Below are positions 32,798 through 36,028 of a DNA stretch of 36,028 bases, piece after piece. The notes under the pieces are model-generated. The model saw only the letters and a list, made by a program, of their open reading frames with translations. It had not been told where the DNA came from and did not search any database. Where the stretch lies: the NCBI GenBank assembly GCA_040357565.1, contig JBDODJ010000116.1; one strand, 5' to 3'. This DNA is from Cercozoa sp. M6MM. Lineage: Eukaryota; Protista; Endomyxa: Ascetosporea. How positions within the stretch are numbered: the stretch's first letter is position 1; every line of letters begins with the position of its first letter. The position numbers were made by a program, and so were the translations under genes.

Positions 32798-35185
32798 ATG
32801 GATTCTGAAGAAATCAGGCGCCTGCGCCACCGTGTGCGCCGAGCCAGTGCGCACGAGTGCGTCACTGAGGTGCAGACTGTCGCAGTAAATGTATTTAGGC
32901 TCCGTACAGTTTCTCCTGTCTGTGCACAGGTGGTTCACTTGGCAACGACACAGCCGGATGTGTTTGAGCATGTCTTTGCGTATGTGGGCTGTACCCTTCA
33001 CTTCTCTCTGTAGCCGTCCTTGTGTGGTCCAACAGCACGAAACACATGGTTTTAATGAGAGTGTACGAAGACGACACTATCGATACGATCTTGTAAATCA
33101 AAGTTTGTTTCACATTTTTAATGATCGCAAGTGTCGTTTCTCACCAGGTCGCACGACGACTTGATTCGAATATTTTCTAAACGCGACAAAGACGGCTATA
33201 CTGTACTTGAGTGTCTGAGAAACTCATAAAAATGCCTAACTAGGTTCATTTAGGCGCTGATGACTGTAGCTCAGTTAAAGCACGCGCGTGCCTGTCGACT
33301 AATTGTACAGCTTTCCTCCAGTGTTGTGCGAATGTGTAGAACCCTGTTGGACACAGTTGCGAGTGTCCCCACCCAAAACGCAACTTCTGCGAACTGACGC
33401 CGGCGAGAGCGCTTTCGTATGTCTTCTTTTGACCTTCTTTCACAAACTGATGCATACTCTTTCCTTGGCAGCATTTTGTCATTGTCAACGAGGACAGTGA
33501 CTGCGCAGCTGCGTTTCTGGAGCAAGTCCACTGGTGTGCTCTCATCCATTTTGGTCATTTGGGTAGCTGCGCTGAGTGTGCTTTTTTGTTTTGTTGTAGG
33601 GATGATTTTGAGTACACGAGACTGCTGTACCAAACTACTTTGCCTATTGTAGCCTACCAGCTGAGTTGATCCCGTTCTCCGAAAACTATCTAGTGAGAGT
33701 CAAGGAATGCCACCGTTACGACTGTTACACATCGCCATCGACACTTTGGCTTCTCTCACGCGCGATGTTCCTTTGGTGTGCCCGCCTATCCTTTCATCCT
33801 TTTGCTCTCTTACTCGAATTGTTAGACTGCCCACCGACACGTGTGGGTCCAGTCACTACGCGGCTACCTGTTCGAGCACTGTTACCACTTTGCACAGTGC
33901 GTGCCCGTTCTGTACTTCACTTTAACACTCTTCCTCGTCCAAACATCTGCTCGTTTTTCTTTAGACAGAGAATGGTCGCGAGCGGCACGAAATTGCTTGA
34001 GTTGGCCACGCTGCAGCGACCTTTCGAAGTACGTAGATACCATTGATTCTGTCTCGGCATAATAGACCAGGAACACAGGTTCTCGAGATGCTCGTTTTGT
34101 TGCACGTCCGCGGCACGCTGTCTGTGGATGTCGTGGATCAGTACAGCACGCAGCACAGCGTAACCACCTCTGTTTTTGTTTAATTTATCTGATTCACGCG
34201 TCAGCTGTGTTGCTTAGTTACGAAAGCGCGAGCAGTGCCAGTCGAAACGGATCAAAACACTCGTGTGTTTGCTAGAGTTTGTGCCTGATAGGATTTGCTT
34301 TTACGTGTTAGTGTATTTAGTTGCACCAAGCGAGTTCTAACGGCGAAGTTGACCTTGTTTCGGCTCTTTTGGACGCCGGTTTTCACCCTGACTCTGGTAC
34401 ACTGCAACAGTCTGAAGGTTCTTCAAACAATGTAGTGTTGCCACAGGCAAACAATACGGACAGACACCACTGGAGGCATTGTTAAGTACCATCGTGTTGC
34501 GTCAGGAGAAACCTGCATCTTTGTGAGTTGTTGTTCGATGAGAAAGTGACAGGATATCGTGGACTCCTGATAAATTTAGACCGTGGCATACGCGATTGCG
34601 ACGTGTGTTCCGACGAGACAGGGCTGTATCACAAAAGTCGGAGTTAAGCGTCACCTTGGGTAAACATGACTGTATTGATTTGTGATACAATTGCATGCTT
34701 TTGCAGCTCGAAAATGGCACTGTGCGAGGCTACTCATCGATCGAGGTATCTTGACCCGAGTTGAGTTGAGTTAATTCAGTTGCTGTCTCAGGTGCAAGCG
34801 TGCGAGTGCGTGGCCAGTGGCGTGATGCACTGTGTGAAGCCATCTCACACGGTAGAGCATGTGTTGTGTATATGTTCTCTCTAAGATTAATTTGTTGAGT
34901 AGAGGTCAAAACGATCACCCACGTGCTTTCACATCCGTGCGGACACGTAAAATTTTATGTCAGCGTTTCTTCAAACAAACAGTAGCGATTTGACTGTTTG
35001 TCTTGCTTCAGCTCTCGGCAGATGTGGCCACGCGTGTGGCGTCCTTCACCGCGCTGTGTGTTCCACTCGGCATCAATGAGCAGGTATGCGCGAGCTCAGG
35101 CAGTTCAGCAGTGCGAACCATTGGTGTGTGAATGCAGGCGATTGCGCAAATGGTGCACGCAGCCATGTTGGAAACAGCTGCTTAG
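32798..35185 (+). CDS. Ankyrin-repeat protein, many short exons
   Basis: Spliced motifs RDKDGYT|ALMTVAQLKHARACRLI, TDAGESAF|HFVIVN, LLHIAI, ASSNGEVDLVSALLDAGFHPDSG|KQYGQTPLEALL and HCARLLIDRG|ASV...DALCEAISH. Ends LETAA* at 35185. Confidence 0.8.
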
Positions 35186-35359
35186 TGTGCACTCCACAGT
35201 GGGCCGAAAACACGCTTTGTGTTGTGTCTAATTCGTCCGCTAAAGAAAGAACAGAACTTCTGATCTCTTTCGGTTTGTTGAGACGTTGTCTTTACTAAAT
35301 TGTATTGACAATCTCGGTCTCACAACATTTGTACTGAAAGCGAAGGGCTACAGCTCGGG

Positions 35360-35884
35360 CTACAACTCGCGGAACTGCTTGGTAGACGAGGTGCGCAGTG
35401 CGCGCAGCCAGTCCTCCAGGTCGGCCCGATCGCTCGCGAAGAGCACAAAGTCGCGCGCGACCTGCTCGCCGCCGATGGCCTTGCCCGAGATGCGAAAGCA
35501 GAAGGTGTCCTCGTCAATGACGGTGACAGCACGTGCTGACAGGTCGACCTCGAGGTTCTTGATGGGCGTGCGACTCTCGCGACTCTTGTAGTACACCAGC
35601 GAGCGACCGCGCAACACGAACCACCGCCGCTTGTGCGACTTGCGGCCCATCCGCTGCGTAGGGAAGGTACAGAGGGAGGGGCTCGGGTGGAGGGACATGA
35701 GATAGGAACGTACCGAGGTACCGCCTCCGACCTTGATGAGGTAGCCGCACTTGTACATGGCCTGCTCGGGCGCATCGCGCATATCGTAGCCAGCGCACAT
35801 GCGAGCCGCGCGGAACTGCGTTTCGAGGTGCGACTCTACCGCCTTGCGCACACGGCCCGACGGGTCCGCACTCGTGTCGCGCGG
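35360..35884 (-). CDS. C-terminal PH domain of a gene whose 5' part lies beyond the window
   Basis: KCGYLIKVGGGTS|RMGRKSHKRRWFVLRGRSLVYYKS...FCFRI...RDFVLFASDRADLEDWLRAL is a canonical PH domain. The upstream intron runs off the window. Confidence 0.92.
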   Translation of the reverse strand, partial: PRDTSADPSGRVRKAVESHLETQFRAARMCAGYDMRDAPEQAMYKCGYLIKVGGGTSVRSYLMSLHPSPSLCTFPTQRMGRKSHKRRWFVLRGRSLVYYKSRESRTPIKNLEVDLSARAVTVIDEDTFCFRISGKAIGGEQVARDFVLFASDRADLEDWLRALRTSSTKQFREL

Positions 35885-35894
35885 CTACGCAGGT

Positions 35895-36028
35895 CATACA
35901 TACAGACATACACACACGTACGTACATACAACATACATACATACACAGACATACATACAACATACATACATCATACAACATCCATACATACATACATACA
36001 TACACAACCTACATACATACATACATAC
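35895..36028 (+). repeat. (CATA)n microsatellite, intronic
   Basis: Degenerate CATA repeats run to the window end. Confidence 0.95.

Noticed and set aside
33246-34720. A minus-strand gene (AP-sigma/longin-like start MLRAVLIHDI)
   Set aside because: The plus strand splices cleanly into ankyrin repeats across the same interval, so the minus ORFs are antisense shadows.
1-36028. Alternative genetic code or stop-codon readthrough explaining the fragmented ORFs
   Set aside because: The breaks I traced resolve as GT-AG introns, and TAA, TAG and TGA each end recognisable proteins.
1-36028. Transposons or Introner-like repeated introns
   Set aside because: I saw no transposase or reverse-transcriptase motifs, and no two introns in the window share extended sequence.

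Overview
Eukaryotic nuclear DNA from a gene-dense, intron-rich protist that probably has flagella (it encodes DRC2/CCDC65). The genetic code is standard: TAA, TAG and TGA all end genes. Most genes are split by many short (about 45-70 nt) GT-AG introns, so the six-frame ORF track shows only fragments, and I spliced the genes by hand. In order: a J-domain protein (5' partial), DRC2, a possible small ORF, a divergent Wee1/Myt1-type kinase head-to-head with a large FANCI-like gene, SERBP1/Stm1 head-to-head with PAK1IP1/Mak11, a small membrane protein, an FHA/coiled-coil protein, a signal-anchor plus tandem SH3 protein, a motorless beta-trefoil/MyTH4/FERM protein head-to-head with a divergent Rab6, an AANAT-like GNAT, a 53-aa 8-Cys microprotein, an ankyrin-repeat protein and the 3' end of a PH-domain gene. 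Longer introns are filled with micro- and minisatellites. The most notable observations are the spliced zinc-finger microprotein that the ORF track misses, 5' splice sites with almost no consensus beyond GTA, intronic minisatellites built from splice signals, and a FANCI that appears to lack its ubiquitination Lys and SQ/TQ cluster and shares a cell-cycle-type promoter with an atypical Wee1. All family assignments come from remembered motifs, not database searches, and all exon boundaries are manual predictions.
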